Assembly (NCBI RefSeq): GCF_006345805.1
Contig: NW_021832230.1
Location: forward strand, 62,001-126,000
Source of the DNA: Octopus sinensis
Lineage: Eukaryota
Direction of reading: 5' to 3'
Length of the DNA: 64,000 nucleotides
In this document: positions 50,894-64,000 of the stretch, in pieces
How positions within the stretch are numbered: the stretch's first letter is position 1
Layout of the letters: each line of letters opens with the position of its first letter
Notes under the pieces: generated by a model
The model's input: only the letters and a program-made list of their open reading frames with translations
Database searches by the model: none
What the model was told of the DNA's origin: nothing
Made by a program: the position numbers and the translations under genes

Positions 50894-51345
50894 CCTCCTT
50901 CGGTTATCTATTAAAAAAATTATTTTTGAATAATAAAAAAGTTTAGGATAAGAGGCATACCGAAAATAAATTCTATCTTTACGAAAAACTTCTTTTCTTA
51001 AGGTCGTCTTCCCTCCTTCGGTTATCTATTGAAAAAATTATTTTTGAATAATAAAAAAGTTTAGGAAAAGAGGAATACCGAAAATAAATTCAATCTTTAC
51101 GAAAAACTTAACTAAATAGTTAATATTTTTACGCAAATTCTTCTGATTGCGCTGTCAATGGGTGGTAAATTGTGTTAATGATTGTCCTAATGTGGTTTCA
51201 ACTATCAAAGTGTTTTTCAAAATCTGTTAATGCACACTCTATTCAAGGTCGTGCGTCAATTTGTGGTAAATTGTGTTAATGATTGTGCTAATGTGGTTTC
51301 AACTATCAAAGTGGTTTTTCAAAATCTGTTAATTGCACACTCTAT
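50894..51345. repeat. Two tandem duplications inside the Helitron (~118-bp x2 and ~101-bp x2)
   Basis: CCTCCTTCGGTTATCTATT at 50894 and 51012; GGTAAATTGTGTTAATGATTGT at 51164 and 51265. Confidence 0.88.
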
Positions 51346-51524
51346 GATAATAGCTTTAATTTTGATTCATGGTCGTTAATGATATATGCATTTAATTTTA
51401 AAGAGAAAAACATAGGATGAATTGAATTTCTTTATCGCGAATAATTGGGAGTTCATCATTGTTAATATTCTCGCTGTCGTTTTCATCAAGGATATTCTTA
51501 ATACGTGAGATTTTTGCCTGAAAG

Positions 51525-52315
51525 TTTTAATGGACCTCATCATGAATGTCGAGGACATCCGCGTTGTTCATTTTAATCAAAATGCAGAAAATAATTTTTG
51601 ATTTTTTGGCGGGAGGTTTTAAGGACCTCATCATGTAAGTCGAGGACATCGTAGTTTTTCATTTTAACCAAAATGCAGAAAAATTTTTTTTAATTTTTTT
51701 GGGGGGGAAGGTTTTAAGGACCTCATCATGTAAGTCGAGGACATCGTAGTTATTCATTTTACCAAAATGCAGAAAATTTTTTTTAATTTTTTTGGGGGGG
51801 AAGGTTTTAAGGACCTCATCATGTAAGTCGAGGACATCGTAGTTATTCATTTTAACCAAAATGCAGAAAATTTTTTTTTAATTTTTTTGGGGGGGAAGGT
51901 TTTAAGGACCTCATCATGTAAGTCGAGGACATCGTAGTTGTTCATTTTAACCAAAATGCAGAAAATTTTTTTTAATTTTTTTGGGGGGGAAGGTTTTAAG
52001 GACCTCATCATGTAAGTCGAGGACATCGTAGTTGTTCATTTTAACCAAAATGCAGAAAAATTTTTTTTTAATTTTTTTGGGGGGGAAGGTTTTAAGGACC
52101 TCATCATGTAAGTCGAGGACATCGTAGTTGTTATTTTAACCAAAATGCAGAAAATTTTTTTTAATTTTTTTGGGGGGGAAGGTTTTAAGGACCCATCATG
52201 TAAGTCGAGGACATCGTAGTTGTTCATTTTGACCAAAACGCAGAAAAATTTTTTTTTAATTTTTTTGGGGGGGAAGGTTTTAAGGACCTCATCATGTAAG
52301 TCGAGGACATCGTAT
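51525..52315 (-). repeat. 91-96-bp tandem satellite x9
   Basis: GTCGAGGACATC at 51548, 51639, 51734, 51827, 51922, 52016, 52112, 52204 and 52300. The reverse complement is homologous to the 15960-16455 unit. Confidence 0.95.
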
Positions 52316-52619
52316 TGCCAATTTGAAGTTGGTGTGCACACACAGACAGACACACAGACAGACAGACAGACACACACCATACCATTTTATTATTAAGATA
52401 AAGAGTTTCATATTGGTGGTCACCCAAAAATAATGTAACATTTATTGACATGAAAAAATATAATGATAAAAAATCTATAATTTATGGTGGTGATTAGTCT
52501 TCCTATTTGTTCAGATTTTTTATGGGGCAGTTGAATTTCAAGGCATAAAACTGAGTTTTTTAATTTTTTTTAAATTTAAATTTACAATATGACCAAGAAA
52601 AAGAAATAAATATAGAGTG

Positions 52620-54500
52620 TCGCAGACATGAGAATCAGTTCGGCGAAGACGCGCTGTGAATCGAGAGGGAGTTCTTACGGAGAATTGAGACCGAGACGCG
52701 CTGGAAGAGCCAGCTCGTCCCCCTCCGGTCATTGGTTTTTGATGCGATTTTTTCCGCCCATTAGCCGCAACAACTTCACAGCCTCTTTACCGGCCACGCC
52801 AGTGGTCTCGAAAGCGAGGGCACGAACTCATAGGCCGTATTTCAACATTTTCTTTTCCTCCGCAAGCCTTGCCCGAATATCCAAACGCGCAAGCATAGCC
52901 TAGCAAACATGCCGTCCTGGACAACAATGTCTCCGACAGGGAATCCACACAGGCCACGTCCCAAACAAGAGACCTACCTCCCCTGAATGGGAATGTAGTC
53001 AGCCCGTCGGGACGTTTTCCATCACCCCGAAAAGAGACCAACCGGTTCCAGGACAGACAGGAATCCTGCGGAATCAAAAGCCATCTTAATCACTTCATTG
53101 AGTGGAGTATGGCGCGGAATTCAGCCAGCATTCCTTTTTCGTGTAATCCGTTTGAAGGGATCATGAAACCACATCGGCAACGGTGCGGTTGGCATATATC
53201 AAGTCCAAGTCGAATACACACTCCGATGGGAACAGCCTCGTCCTCCAAAAGTAGACTATTGGACGCCAACGAGAGAGCGTTTAGCCAATACCCGAGTGGG
53301 GCTGGCAGGCGTAGTTCAAGAAAGCTAGCTGCATCTGTTCGGCTTATGAGCGAACGCTCTCCAACAGGTGTGAAGATCTGATAACATCCCAACTCTTCTG
53401 CATGAAAAGATTCTCTGGAAGGTCAAGTCCAAGCTATCTCCAGACGTGAACAGCAACATGGTATTCCGTAAGCTCGCCGAGTTCGGGTAAGTTTATAAGA
53501 AGAGAGCGAACAAAATTTCTAGGAGCGGACAACGAGAAGAGAAAACAGAGCAAGATCTGCACAAGAACGAACCCCGATACCCCTAAAGCGGAGCGGGAGC
53601 GCAGCACGAGAGCGTCCCACCTCGGTAAACAAGGTGTTCAGAAGGAATTGTAACGACAACGCAACATTGTCATCCTAAGCCAGAAGTTCTTGATGTAAAC
53701 AATAACAAGGAGATGAGCAAAGCAGATAGGTCAGCCGAGGGATATAAAGAAAGTTTTTGAATCAGAATAGCTCTAAATGAGACTCGAAATATGGACTCAG
53801 GAACACATCAAAAATCTTTTCTTGTTGCAAGGCAATAGCCTTCGCAACACCTTCATCACAAATCGGTGAATCAAGAATCACAACATCTCTAAGGGCAGTT
53901 AAATGGAGGCCGTCAAAACGACAACTGGCGGGTAGCGTGGGATATTGGTTCGCAAGCCCATTTAACACCGACGCCGAATTGATAAGGCAAGAACTCCTGG
54001 TTCAATTTCGGGACAACACGATAAGACATTATTTTGGAAGCCAGGCGTCTGAATACGTTCCTGACTGCGATCGGGCGTAATCCGCCATCACTCTTGCGGA
54101 GAGCCGTAAGATTGGCAGGAAAGAGGAGATCCCTTGCTACTGCAGGTAAAGAGCCAGTAATGATCCAATTACAAAGCCGATTGATTAAACATAATAGAGC
54201 AAGGCCTGAATCGGCCGTCAGAGGGGACGTGAGGTCCCTCAAATGGATTGGCTTAATGCCATCAATCTCACCACTGCTGCTGAGAGAGAAGGATGCCAAT
54301 GCAGCCGCGACCTTGGAGGTGGTTGAATGCGAAACAACCGCGGAGCCCAGCTCGACAGTCATTCGGAGGTCTTACGGGGCGCTCGGATGCTTCAGACACA
54401 ATTCGAGAGACTCATTTTGCCTTTTGAAACGTCTGTCGTTCTCTGTAATACTGAAGTGGTATTCGTGAGGCTTTTTGAGCATCTCGCGAATTCATTAACT
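52620..54500 (-). mobile_element. Degenerate CRE-clade retrotransposon (partial RT plus REL)
   Basis: ALRKSDGGLRPIAV...FRRLASK...YQFGVG; ILDSPICDEG; WLNALSLAS...IGVCIRLG...HRCRCG; DGKRPDGLTTFP...WDVACVD. Confidence 0.9.
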
Positions 54501-54696
54501 ATAGATTAAAGTTCTCGTGTGTCATTACTTAAATTATACAATCTATTAATAAACATCAATAGTTTAAGCCTTACACTTTAAGGAATTAAATAAAAATTTA
54601 GATCAATGGGCATAGAATAATTTGGTTTATTGCTTTATTGAAAACCATAGAGACAGTTAATTGTTTATATTAACTTTATTTTTCTTTTTTGAATCA

Positions 54697-55965
54697 ATGA
54701 TTTCCCAATGTTGTTCAGCAAAAAGTGTTTATTCTCTGCCTTCCGATAAAACAAGCATTTCCAATAAAACAAAAGCCGATCAGCCAATTCAAAAATCAAA
54801 GTCGATTCTTTCAGACCCCTCGTTTATGGTTCGAGTATCTCGATATTCATCTGCTTCTTCTTTGAAAACGAAATCAAAAAGTTCCCTACCATCTTCAAGT
54901 GATATTTGTACAAATCCAAAAAAATCTATAAAAATGACTTCAAACTTTTTTTTGACAGGAGAAAAAATGGAATCCAAAGACTACGATTTACCTACACGAA
55001 GACTACGATCTGCAAATCAAAATGTAGTAAAAACACAAGTTGAGATATCATCTGAGAATCGATTTTATTCAGCTTCATTAAATAAAGTATTGCTAACTAC
55101 TCCACGTAATTCTCTTCATGTGAAAAAAATATCACTCATTGATGAATCAAAAAAATTTCAGGAAAATTTGAATTCTTCTCGGCACACCAAAATCATTGAT
55201 AATTTAGAAGCATCAAAACCTGATTTTTATTTATTAAATAGAGCTGCTAACTATGTAAATCAATATACATAAGCTAATAGAACAACATTCTGAAAAATGA
55301 CAAAGAACTATCAACAAAATACAAAAAAGAAAACGATAATGAATTTAACTTTGAAGAAAATATTAAATTTCAAATAATCGAAGTAATTTCTACATTTCTC
55401 AATAAATTAAATTGTGAGGAAATAGATAAACAAAATTTAAGGAGTATATTATGTAAATTATTTAATTTGAAAGGATTTTTTGGTGACATGGGACTGCAGT
55501 GCACTGATTCAGAATGGAACAATTATATTAAAAAATATCATTTGCAAAATAAAGAATATATTGAATGCAATGATCTTCTACAGAATATGTTATTCAGTAA
55601 AAATTCAGGAAATCAGCAAATATTAAAAAAAACACCACCTACAGTAAATATTAATATTTATAATAATATAGATTTCACTCGGAAAAATCAATACTCTTTT
55701 TATTAATACGATGTCCAAAATAAAAAAATTGGGAATAAACTGGAAACATTTGAAAAACGATTTTTTAAAAAATGACAGAAAATACAGTGGTTTTGTTTCA
55801 ACTGATGAATTTATAAAGGCGTTAAATTGGTTGGTAATATTGCATATTATAAAAAGCAAAAAAATATTCTTGAATGAAAATGAAAAATACGCGTTACTTA
55901 CTTATTTTGACTTTGACTTGTGTGGAGTCATAAGTTATAATCATTTTATTAAAGTCATTATGTAA
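54697..55965 (+). CDS. EF-hand protein (EFCAB6-like C-terminal EF pairs) with Ser/Lys-rich N-terminus
   Basis: NWKHLKNDFLKNDRKYSGFVSTDEFIKAL and LLTYFDFDLCGVISYNHFI are EF-hand-like; short introns intervene. Confidence 0.55.
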
Positions 55966-56039
55966 TTCATTATTTTAACAATTATTAACAATTTTTTTAA
56001 AATCTGATTTTCAGTTGATCCTAATACAACTTGATATAA

Positions 56040-56228
56040 AATCAAAGTCGGTGGAACAGCGTTTAGGTGTCGGGCTAGAGTTTTAATTTGGCCAACGTCC
56101 AGTGGAAGGTTCCTCGCATCTATAGTATTAAGATGGTTTGACGAGTGACGTCGTCATCTGTGGATACCCACTGCGAAACTGGATTTGTCTAGGACGGACT
56201 CATCCGCAAGATAAAAAAGAAAAAAAAA
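56040..56228 (+). mobile_element. GC-richer ~170-bp segment ending in an A-rich tail, probable retroposon 3' end
   Basis: Composition shift and A tract at 56212-56228; no protein motif recognised. Confidence 0.35.
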
Positions 56229-56289
56229 TTTAACTATCGACGAATTAATTTGACATAGAAAAAAATGTTAATACATTTTTTAAATTAAT

Positions 56290-57245
56290 GAACTCGACGT
56301 TTCACACATCACATTCAAGCAACCCTTACTTCTTTGCAATGGACGATTTCACGATGGCAAGCCTGAATCTACTCTTGACTTATCGATGCGATATGAGCGA
56401 TGGGGTCAGTGGCAAGACTTTCCTTTTGGGCCGTACTTTACTTCTTCGAGCAAGAATATGGGAGCTGAATAAGTTTCTTCACAATCATGTCATAGGGCGT
56501 TCGTGAAACGATAGATTCGATCTCTTGAACCTGACTGAGTTGGTTCCTGAGTGCATCTGGGACATTATCAAAGCAGATGTATTTTCCATCTGGTCCTCTG
56601 ACTGAAATTTCAACTTTTTTGGCATAATTTCTGCTATGACGTTGATATGCTTTCCAGAAATTAGGATTTCGCTTATCTGTTAGCACAATCCTTCCGCCTT
56701 GGCGACTGACGTCCCTTTGGACCGCCACCACCCGGACCAAAGGGGACGCAGCAATGATAGGCTTTCCAGGCATGTCAAGAGCTTGTTCCTCGAGCAGAGT
56801 TTCATTAGACACCTGACCGTTTTCCGTACTGAGGCCTCCTTCACTATGCTCATTTTCTGTGACACACAGATCGGATCCGTTTGGATGGCAAAATCGACAG
56901 TCATTGGCAATTCGTTGAACACAGGAACTCAGCGTCAGTCTGTAATCCGACATTACAGACCTTCATAACAATTTGTTTCTTAGCAATTTCCTTCGGAATT
57001 TTTCCCTTCACAAGTTTCTCGAACTTGATAGGGTTGACCATCTCAATCCCACCCATTCCAAAAAGCCGTGTTAAGTCCCAATCATTTTGAAAAGATCGAA
57101 AGTCCTCCTCCCTGTTGAATAATAGCTCATATGACCCATTGGGTCTCAGAGATACCCGTGCTTTGCAAATAGTTTGTGAGCCAAAGACTGCATTTTCACC
57201 TTCGATGACATCCAACGACATTTTTGATTTATTCAACAAAACTTG
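56290..57245 (-). mobile_element. Degenerate LINE ORF1/gag-like remnant
   Basis: Intronless, frameshifted open segments with VVAVQR...GG...LT and a decayed zinc-knuckle-like CSK..KKYGPKGKSC. Confidence 0.4.
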
Positions 57246-57569
57246 AGTGGTTTCTTTAATTGAATTGATACGCTACACTTATTTTATTCAAACAACTACT
57301 CCAATAAGACAACAACGCTATTGGGGATATGATTTCTCATTTTTTAATTGAAATTTTATTTTTCAATAAATTATACTCACTAATACTAAATTATATTCTT
57401 ATACATTTTGATATTTTTAAAGAGTCACATGGTTTTATTAATTTGTGTGGTGCATGTAAAGAAGCTCATTTACTTATGTATTTGATTGCCAACAGCATGC
57501 AAAATTATTATTAGTTTCTTGAGATTCCATTGACATAATACTTAATCTTAAAAACTTTTTATCTATTTA

Positions 57570-57965
57570 AATATTACAGTTAGGTAATCGGAAAGATTGC
57601 CAGGGAGCTAAGGAGTAGGTACTGATCAACAAATGCCTCGAGAAAGCCCACGGAAACTCACTAGTGTCGATGTGGAGAAGGCATATCACTCGGTTGACTA
57701 TGCCCTCCTTTTTGAGTGAAGATTCGAGTTGCCTTTTTGGTTTATCAAATTTGTTGCAATTGTAATGGACAGGTTGAGCCTGCATCTACACTAAAATAAA
57801 TGTGACATATATGGGTTAAAGCTAGAGAAGGGCATATTAAAGGGCGACAGCATGTCTCTATTGCTGTTTGACACTGCCTAAATTGGCTGAGTAGAGTTTT
57901 CATTGCCCAATTTGAACAAATGCCAATCGAGAATGATGGAGTGCGTTTTAGCACCAACTATCTCA
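57570..57965 (-). mobile_element. Highly degenerate RT fragment, possibly R4-like
   Basis: Weak motifs RDMLSPF, YMSHLF and LINQKGNSNL echo GDSLSPLLF, HLLF and MNSEKSASNL of the 45674-46556 element. Confidence 0.3.
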
Positions 57966-58177
57966 TATTCGTAGGGGGGTCGGTATTTTTTTGATTTATT
58001 GTAAAAATTTCCTCGTTTAATCCAGTGAACTATTATATTTTTTACTTAATTTTTTGAAATATTGAATTGTTTAAAAATTTGATTGTAGCTTGCAACACTT
58101 TTTGCTCATTACAGTACGACCCCGGTTTAATTGTTATAAAATTAAATTCCAATTCATTCACGTGAAAAATTGTGTAA

Positions 58178-59190
58178 TGTCTGTTGTGCGTAAACAATAC
58201 CGTACTATAGCATACGAAAATACGAGATTCAAAAAAGAATGGGAGGAAAGTTTTTTATGATTCAAAAGAATGGAAAAGTACATTGCTTAATATGTCATGC
58301 AACGATAAATCGTTAAAAACCTTCTTCATCGAAAGACATTATAATCTCCACAAATCAATTTATGATACTCATCAAGGCGATTCTAGGAAAAAAAGAGTAG
58401 ATTTTATAAAATCTGAATATGCAAAACAATAATCATTTTTTTGGATGTGGCGCCACATCCAAAGATACAAATATGGCTTCAATGAGAATTAGCTATTTAA
58501 TTGCTCAGAATATGAAACCGTATACTGACGGCGAAAGTTATTGCAATTTTTGCTAAAGAATGTTGTTCTCATAATACACAAGATATAGTCAAAAAATAAC
58601 ACTCAGCAATGATACAGTTGCTAGTAGAATTGAATCTATATCGAGTAGTATTTATAACAAGCTTATGTTGTAATTTTTATCCAATAACTATTTTTAGAGC
58701 AGGAAAAAAGTTCGTATACTTTTCATTTGCCATTTACTGTTTTAAAGATATTACTGAGGCGGAACTTTGTTTATAAGAGGAGTAATGCCGGATTTCGAAA
58801 TTTATGAAGAATTTCTCTCCTTATGTTCTTTTCACCGTACAACAAAAGGGATTTGTCGAGTAATGAAAGATGAAAACTTGGACCCTTCAAGATTGATTTC
58901 CGTGGCAAATGACGGAGGTCTTTCTATGATTAATCAGAAATCTGGTCTTCAAGGGCTTATAAGAGATTATAGATTCGAAAATAAATTTGATCTCATTACA
59001 TGCCATCATTGTGTTATTCATTAGAAAAATTTAATTACAAAAACAGTAAAAATGGAACATGTACAAAAATCGTTGTATCCATCATCAATTGGATAAAGAC
59101 GAACGTCCTCAATCATCGAAACTTTAAATCTTTTTTAAATGCTAGTGAAAATATTTGCAACACCTTTTGATGTCAAAATATTTTTAAAAC
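58178..59190 (+). mobile_element. hAT (GTF2IRD2/SPIN-like) transposase remnant
   Basis: ENTRFKKEWEES, KNGKVHCLICH, MKPYTDGE, LSNDTVASRIE-like, FVYFSFAI, FIRGVMPDFEIYEEFLSL...TT.G, HCVIH. Multiple stops; no TIRs found. Confidence 0.82.
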
Positions 59191-59194
59191 ATTC

Positions 59195-61150
59195 CCATGG
59201 ATGGCCTACCTCACATAGTGTGGAAAAGAACTTCAGAAGCTATAATAACGACTGCCAAAGCAACTGTCGGGATTCACGATACTACACTGTAAAGAAGGTA
59301 TAAAGGACCATGGAACTCGAAAGTCAATAAACTGTCTATACGTCAACGAGACTTAAGACTCCAAATTGAAACTTGTGATCTTGAACGGAAATCCAAATCA
59401 AGAAAACTGCGGAACAAAATCCAACACGAAATCGAGAGGAATGTGCTTCATTCCTGGTCGGACTTCTTGAACCAGCGTATAATAGAAGTGGAGAGGCTAC
59501 ATTCAGATGCAAAAATGTTTATGGCTATGCGCTTACTCAAACGGAGGTCAGCTAAAACCAGTCCAACAATTTAAGATGAGTTTGGCTATTTTGTATTGGA
59601 CTCCATATCCCGACACTTTAGCAGTCAATTTAATCGGGAGGATACTTTGTGGCTCTCGCAATTCGAGGGAAAACCTCGTTTAATGAAAAATATGTTTACA
59701 AAATCCAAGATTTTCTCATCAATGCTTTCCTGAATAACAACAGGGTAGCGGGTTATGATTATATTTCCGGAGAGTTGTTGAAATACGCTTCGATCAAGCT
59801 TGCAGAAACGATAATCTTTATATTAAATGAGATATTCGGGACTCATTGCCCAATTAAACTTGCGATGAGAGTTCTACTTCCTCTTCAAAAACCTGGCAAA
59901 CCTGCAGGTCCAATTGAAAACCTCAGGCCAATCGTGCTTCTGACCACGTTGCAAAAAACTCGGTCAATTATAAAATTGAATCGTATATCAAAATCAGTTG
60001 ATCAATACTTATCGTCAAGTCAAAGCGGATTCATACCGGGAAGATCAACCGCTGACATTGTATTAAGTCATCTGTGGCTTACGGCCATATGGAGGAAGTA
60101 CAGGAAAACAGTGTGCATTTTGGGAGTTGACCAATCAAAAGCGTTCGACTGTATCTGTTGAGATAAACTATTGCGGGTTCTCGAAGATATTGTTGATGAA
60201 GACTCTTTGAGGATTGTGCGTTTTCTGCTGGCTGATACGAGCCTCGTAGTGAAAATACGGAGAGACTATTTAAATAAATTTACCACCGAGATTGGTACTC
60301 CGCAAGGGGACTCTCTTTCGCTAGTTCTCATTGTATTCTATTTGGAAGCCGCTTTAAGGAATGTTAGAAAGGAATTGCATCACTTAAATAATCATTTTGT
60401 GGAAGTAATATACGCTGAAGACATCGATTTTGTATCTGAGGATGTGGAGATTTTAAGAGCTGCAGTAGACAAGGCTACAACAGTTTTGAAGAAATGCCCC
60501 CTGAAGATCAATCCAGAAAAGACGCACTTAACTTCGACCTGTCAACTCGGAATGATGAGAAGTGGAGGTTTACTAAAATGCTCGGGTCGCTTTTGGGCAA
60601 TGCTGAGTACATTGGCTTCGTGTGCACTAAAAAAGATGTGGAGTATCTGGACACGCAGAAAACTTATCTCTTCAAATCTTCAGATACGCTTCTATAATGT
60701 GTTCGTACAAACAATCCTAACATGGGGAACATCGAAAACGGATCTTGACAGGCTAGACGCTTTTCATAGAAAGCAATGAAGAAAAATCGCGGGTATCAAA
60801 TTACCACAGACAATCAAAAACGACACTCTACAAATTATATAAATGCAAGCTGATTAGCAAGGAAGTTACTACTTCACGCTCGAGAATTTTTGGACATGTC
60901 CTGAAAAAGGACGAAATGGTTCTTAGCAATTAAATCATAAAAGAATACTTCTAAAATCACGGAATTGGATTTCGGAATCGGCTTCCCCTCTACCTCAGGG
61001 ATGATTACGGGAGAATTGGCGACCGACTTAAAACTGGTGACGATCTTGAAGACATTCGCAAACGCGCAACGAACAAGGCTGGATGGAAAAGACTGACTGG
61101 GAGGATAGTTGAGAGTACGGCATAAGCGAAACGTTAGAAACTTACGGGCT
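59195..61150 (+). mobile_element. Degenerate RTE-like LINE
   Basis: VAGYDYISGELLKY, PLQKPGKPAGPIENLRPIVLL, QSGFIPGRST, GVDQSKAFD, GTPQGDSLS, IYAEDIDF. Confidence 0.88.
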
Positions 61151-61789
61151 TATGGCAACGTGGAAGTGCTATTATCTAACTAACTGACTATTATTCAGCG
61201 ATAAACGTGGTCTACACAGCCACGGAAGATGAAAAGAAGGGAGAGATCTGTATGAAGTACAGTCTTTTGTTTTCTCTAAAGGCTCAGTATTTAGATAATT
61301 GAATAATTAATTATTAGGTTTTTATTCGATAAAAGAGTCGATCAATATATTTACATTGAATTTTGGTATTTTTGCTCCGCGGAAACTGCCACTCGATACG
61401 CAGTACGGCGACTTTGAGCTGACCTCCAGGCTCTTTATTAATTCGTGTATAACTTATTCCCCATTTTAATTACGCAGTTCTTAATAAAAAAAAATTTTGG
61501 TATTAACTGATTACTTAAAACTAGATACGATTACTCTTGATGTACTCTTTAGGAATTTGTTTGCTTTATGACAAAAAAATGTTTATTTGATCGCAATCAT
61601 TTACCTAACTTATCTATTTTTAGTTGGAAAAATGTAAATAAAAAACTTTTATAAAAATATTTTAAGTGTCAAATTATTGAAATAATCAATTTTTGTATTT
61701 TCAGATTAAAAATTTATTATCAAAATTATTATGAGTCATACTAATATGACTAATTAATCATTGGTCCACAAACAATTAATCTGCCCTTT

Positions 61790-62022
61790 CGAATGAGTTT
61801 TTCGTGATGCCGATAGCGGTTGAGACATCGGGTGCTCTTGGTCCAAAGACGGAAAAATTCCTCCGCAAGCTCAGGGCCAAAATCTCCATGCGCACTCACG
61901 ATCCTCGAGAGTTGGACTTGCTTCTTCAGCAATTCTTGATCGCCGTTATCCGGGGGAACAGTTTGGCGATCCGCCAGGCTGCTGGCCCTCCCTTCGATTA
62001 CTCTTTTTTCACTTTTGCTTGA
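61790..62022 (+). mobile_element. CRE-clade 3' fragment
   Basis: MPIAVETSGALGP...THDPRE...IAVIRGNSLAI. Confidence 0.78.
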
Positions 62023-62420
62023 ACTAAATAAAATTAATATAAAAAATAGTACATCTTTAGATTGCCTAAAAAAAGTTTGGTGACCGGTCAAGGTTGTCCG
62101 GTTGGGGCAAAAAGAGGAGGATGGTCTATTGAGCTGGAAATTCGTTTAATTAGTTTAATATCACTTTTAACTTATGATATTCACAAATCATAGATGCAAA
62201 TTTTTAGTCATAAATAAAATTTTTATCTTAATAGAATTAAGTTGACGATTATATTAATAAAAAAATAAGCATTAATCTTTTAATTCTAAGCCGGATCGTA
62301 TCTAAATCAAGTTTTACAAAATAATTATTTGAAAATATTTGGTGCCTAATTTTAAAAGAACTAAAAAATTAATAAATAATGAGTATATCTAAAACCGAGT
62401 TACATAAATTAGCAAATAAA

Positions 62421-63277
62421 CTAGTTGTTGTTCATTTGAAGAGAATCAATTTTTTCAATATTAGAATCATATGTTTTCTTTTCTCCCAATCCATAAAATG
62501 GGGGATTTTCCAAAGAAAAAAATGATTTCGAAGATAATTCAGATTCATAAGATGGCGGAATTAAATCGTTTTCCTGACTATAATTCATATTGAAATAATA
62601 TGGGGGTTCTGTGAAAAAAGCCATGTTTCCATCAAATCCCATTTCTTTTCCTGAAAAATTTTCTATTGAAGGAAAATATTGAAAATGGTCGATTCCAGGA
62701 TAATATAGCATTCCGTTAAATCCTTGATTGTAAATATGACTGGACCATGAGTTATCTTCCATGTTACTTTGAAAATAATTTGAAATATTAGTTTGATGGT
62801 TTTCAACCGAATAGTCATAAAATAAAGGTTTAGATTCAGAAATTAAATTTGAAATGTCTTGAGATTTTGTAGGAGAATTTTGTAAATTCGATCGATGCCC
62901 CTTTGGTGAACTCTGGAAACTTCTTGATAAAGGCTGAATTGATCTTTGAAGGCCTCTTTCTTTTGCTCGTCTGTTTTTGAACCAGACCTGGAACAATAAA
63001 AATTTAAAAATTGATGATATTAATGTGTTTAATAATTAAAATATCACTAACTTGAATTCGGGATTCTGACAATCCAATTTTCATTGCTGCCTCTTCACGT
63101 GCAAAAATATCAGGATATTTATAATCAATGAAAAGATTTTCTAATATTTCCAACTGTGATCGTGTAAATGTTGTCCTTTCCCTTCGTTGTTTTCTTACAA
63201 TTCTAAAAATTAAGAATAACATTTATAGACCTCTGTGGGTTATAATTTCCTTGGTTAGTATTTCCGTGATAGTCCAT
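62421..63277 (-). CDS. Otx: Otx/orthodenticle homeobox transcription factor (K50 paired-class)
   Basis: MDYHG...PQR | 28-nt intron 63203-63230 | [24 protein letters not shown]...YPDIFAREE...ESRIQ | 64-nt intron 62988-63051 | VWFKNRRAK. Confidence 0.93.
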
Positions 63278-64000
63278 ACTAATAATTTATTAGAAAAAAT
63301 AATTTGATTAATAGAAAATTTTTAATATTATCAGGATATAGTAAGCAGATTAACCATCTACATCATTGGTCAATGTAAATCCTAAAGTTTTTATAATATA
63401 GTTGTAACATAGACAAAAATAAATTATTTAGGCGCATTTTTGTATTACAGCGAATATATATGACGTTAAAAACAAATAAGGTTATAATAATAAACAAGGA
63501 AAATTGACTTACTTCCAAGAACTCATTTTTTAAGATTAAAGTATATAATAATACACGATAGTTGAGCTTATTAGTGAATGGAATACACGCTAAATTTACG
63601 GTATATTTTACGTAGAAACTTCCTGGTTTGTCGGTAAAAACAGAAAATACAAATTTAGCATAATAGTCCTTAAATGTAAATCGAGACTAACAAACGAAGT
63701 ACTTGTACAGTAAGTGATATCAAATTATTTACAAGATTAAAATATCACGAAAGTATGCAAGACAAAATTAATAATACATCAATGAATTAGTAAAATTTAT
63801 AAAATTAGCACTCAAAAGTCGATAAATGATGATAATTGAAATTTTGATTTACCCTAAACTAGATAATTTAAATGATTATTTTTTCACGAATGGCTTATAT
63901 TTTTTAAAATATTTACACATTTGTCATATACTCGTTTAATTGAGATTCCAAGATTGGATTAAGCTGCGGTTAAATTAAACATTTTATGAATATTTTAGAA

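Larger units (their letters stand above)
50595..52398 (-). mobile_element. Non-autonomous Helitron with intact termini, largely made of tandem arrays
   Basis: 5' A|TC at 52398 followed by TTAATAATAAAATGGTATGG-(GTCT)n; 3' CTAG|T at 50595. Bases 50595-50813 are a near-exact reverse complement of ~17888-18105. Confidence 0.9.

Noticed and set aside
51659-52451. ORF-track proteins with repeating MNNYDVLDLHDEVLKTFPPKK
   Set aside because: These are translations of the satellite array, not a gene.
56170-56210. Hammerhead ribozyme-like GGATGAGTCC...GAAAC words
   Set aside because: The CUGAUGA core is absent and the GAAAC lies on the opposite strand.

Overview
AT-rich eukaryotic nuclear DNA with compact genes split by very short GT-AG introns (mostly about 22-35 nt where I could delimit them), interleaved with heavily nested transposons. 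Recognisable host genes are a USP37-like deubiquitinase, an HR3/ROR nuclear receptor, VWA3B, TFIIE-alpha, a divergent GSK3, TANC/rolling-pebbles, SRRT/Ars2, pyrroline-5-carboxylate reductase, TOMM20, NUBP1, a coiled-coil protein, an EF-hand protein and Otx. HR3/ROR, Otx and a cilia-associated gene together with micro-introns suggest a highly reduced bilaterian such as a dicyemid or orthonectid; this is inference. Mobile DNA includes CRE, R4/NeSL-like, RTE-like and jockey/I-like non-LTR retroelements, plus hAT, pogo/Tigger, Merlin, Tc1 and Helitron elements. Best second-look items: (1) DNA transposase genes carrying host-sized micro-introns (six in Merlin, one in each of two hAT elements); (2) a 415-bp tRNA-headed SINE-like element with a 12-bp TSD; (3) a Tigger insertion four codons before the proline-reductase stop that adds a 47-aa tail; (4) a Helitron family carrying ~93-bp satellite arrays; (5) a ~60-bp tandem unit built from telomere-like hexamers. 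All calls come from manual translation and motif recall; no database search was run, and many exon boundaries are approximate.
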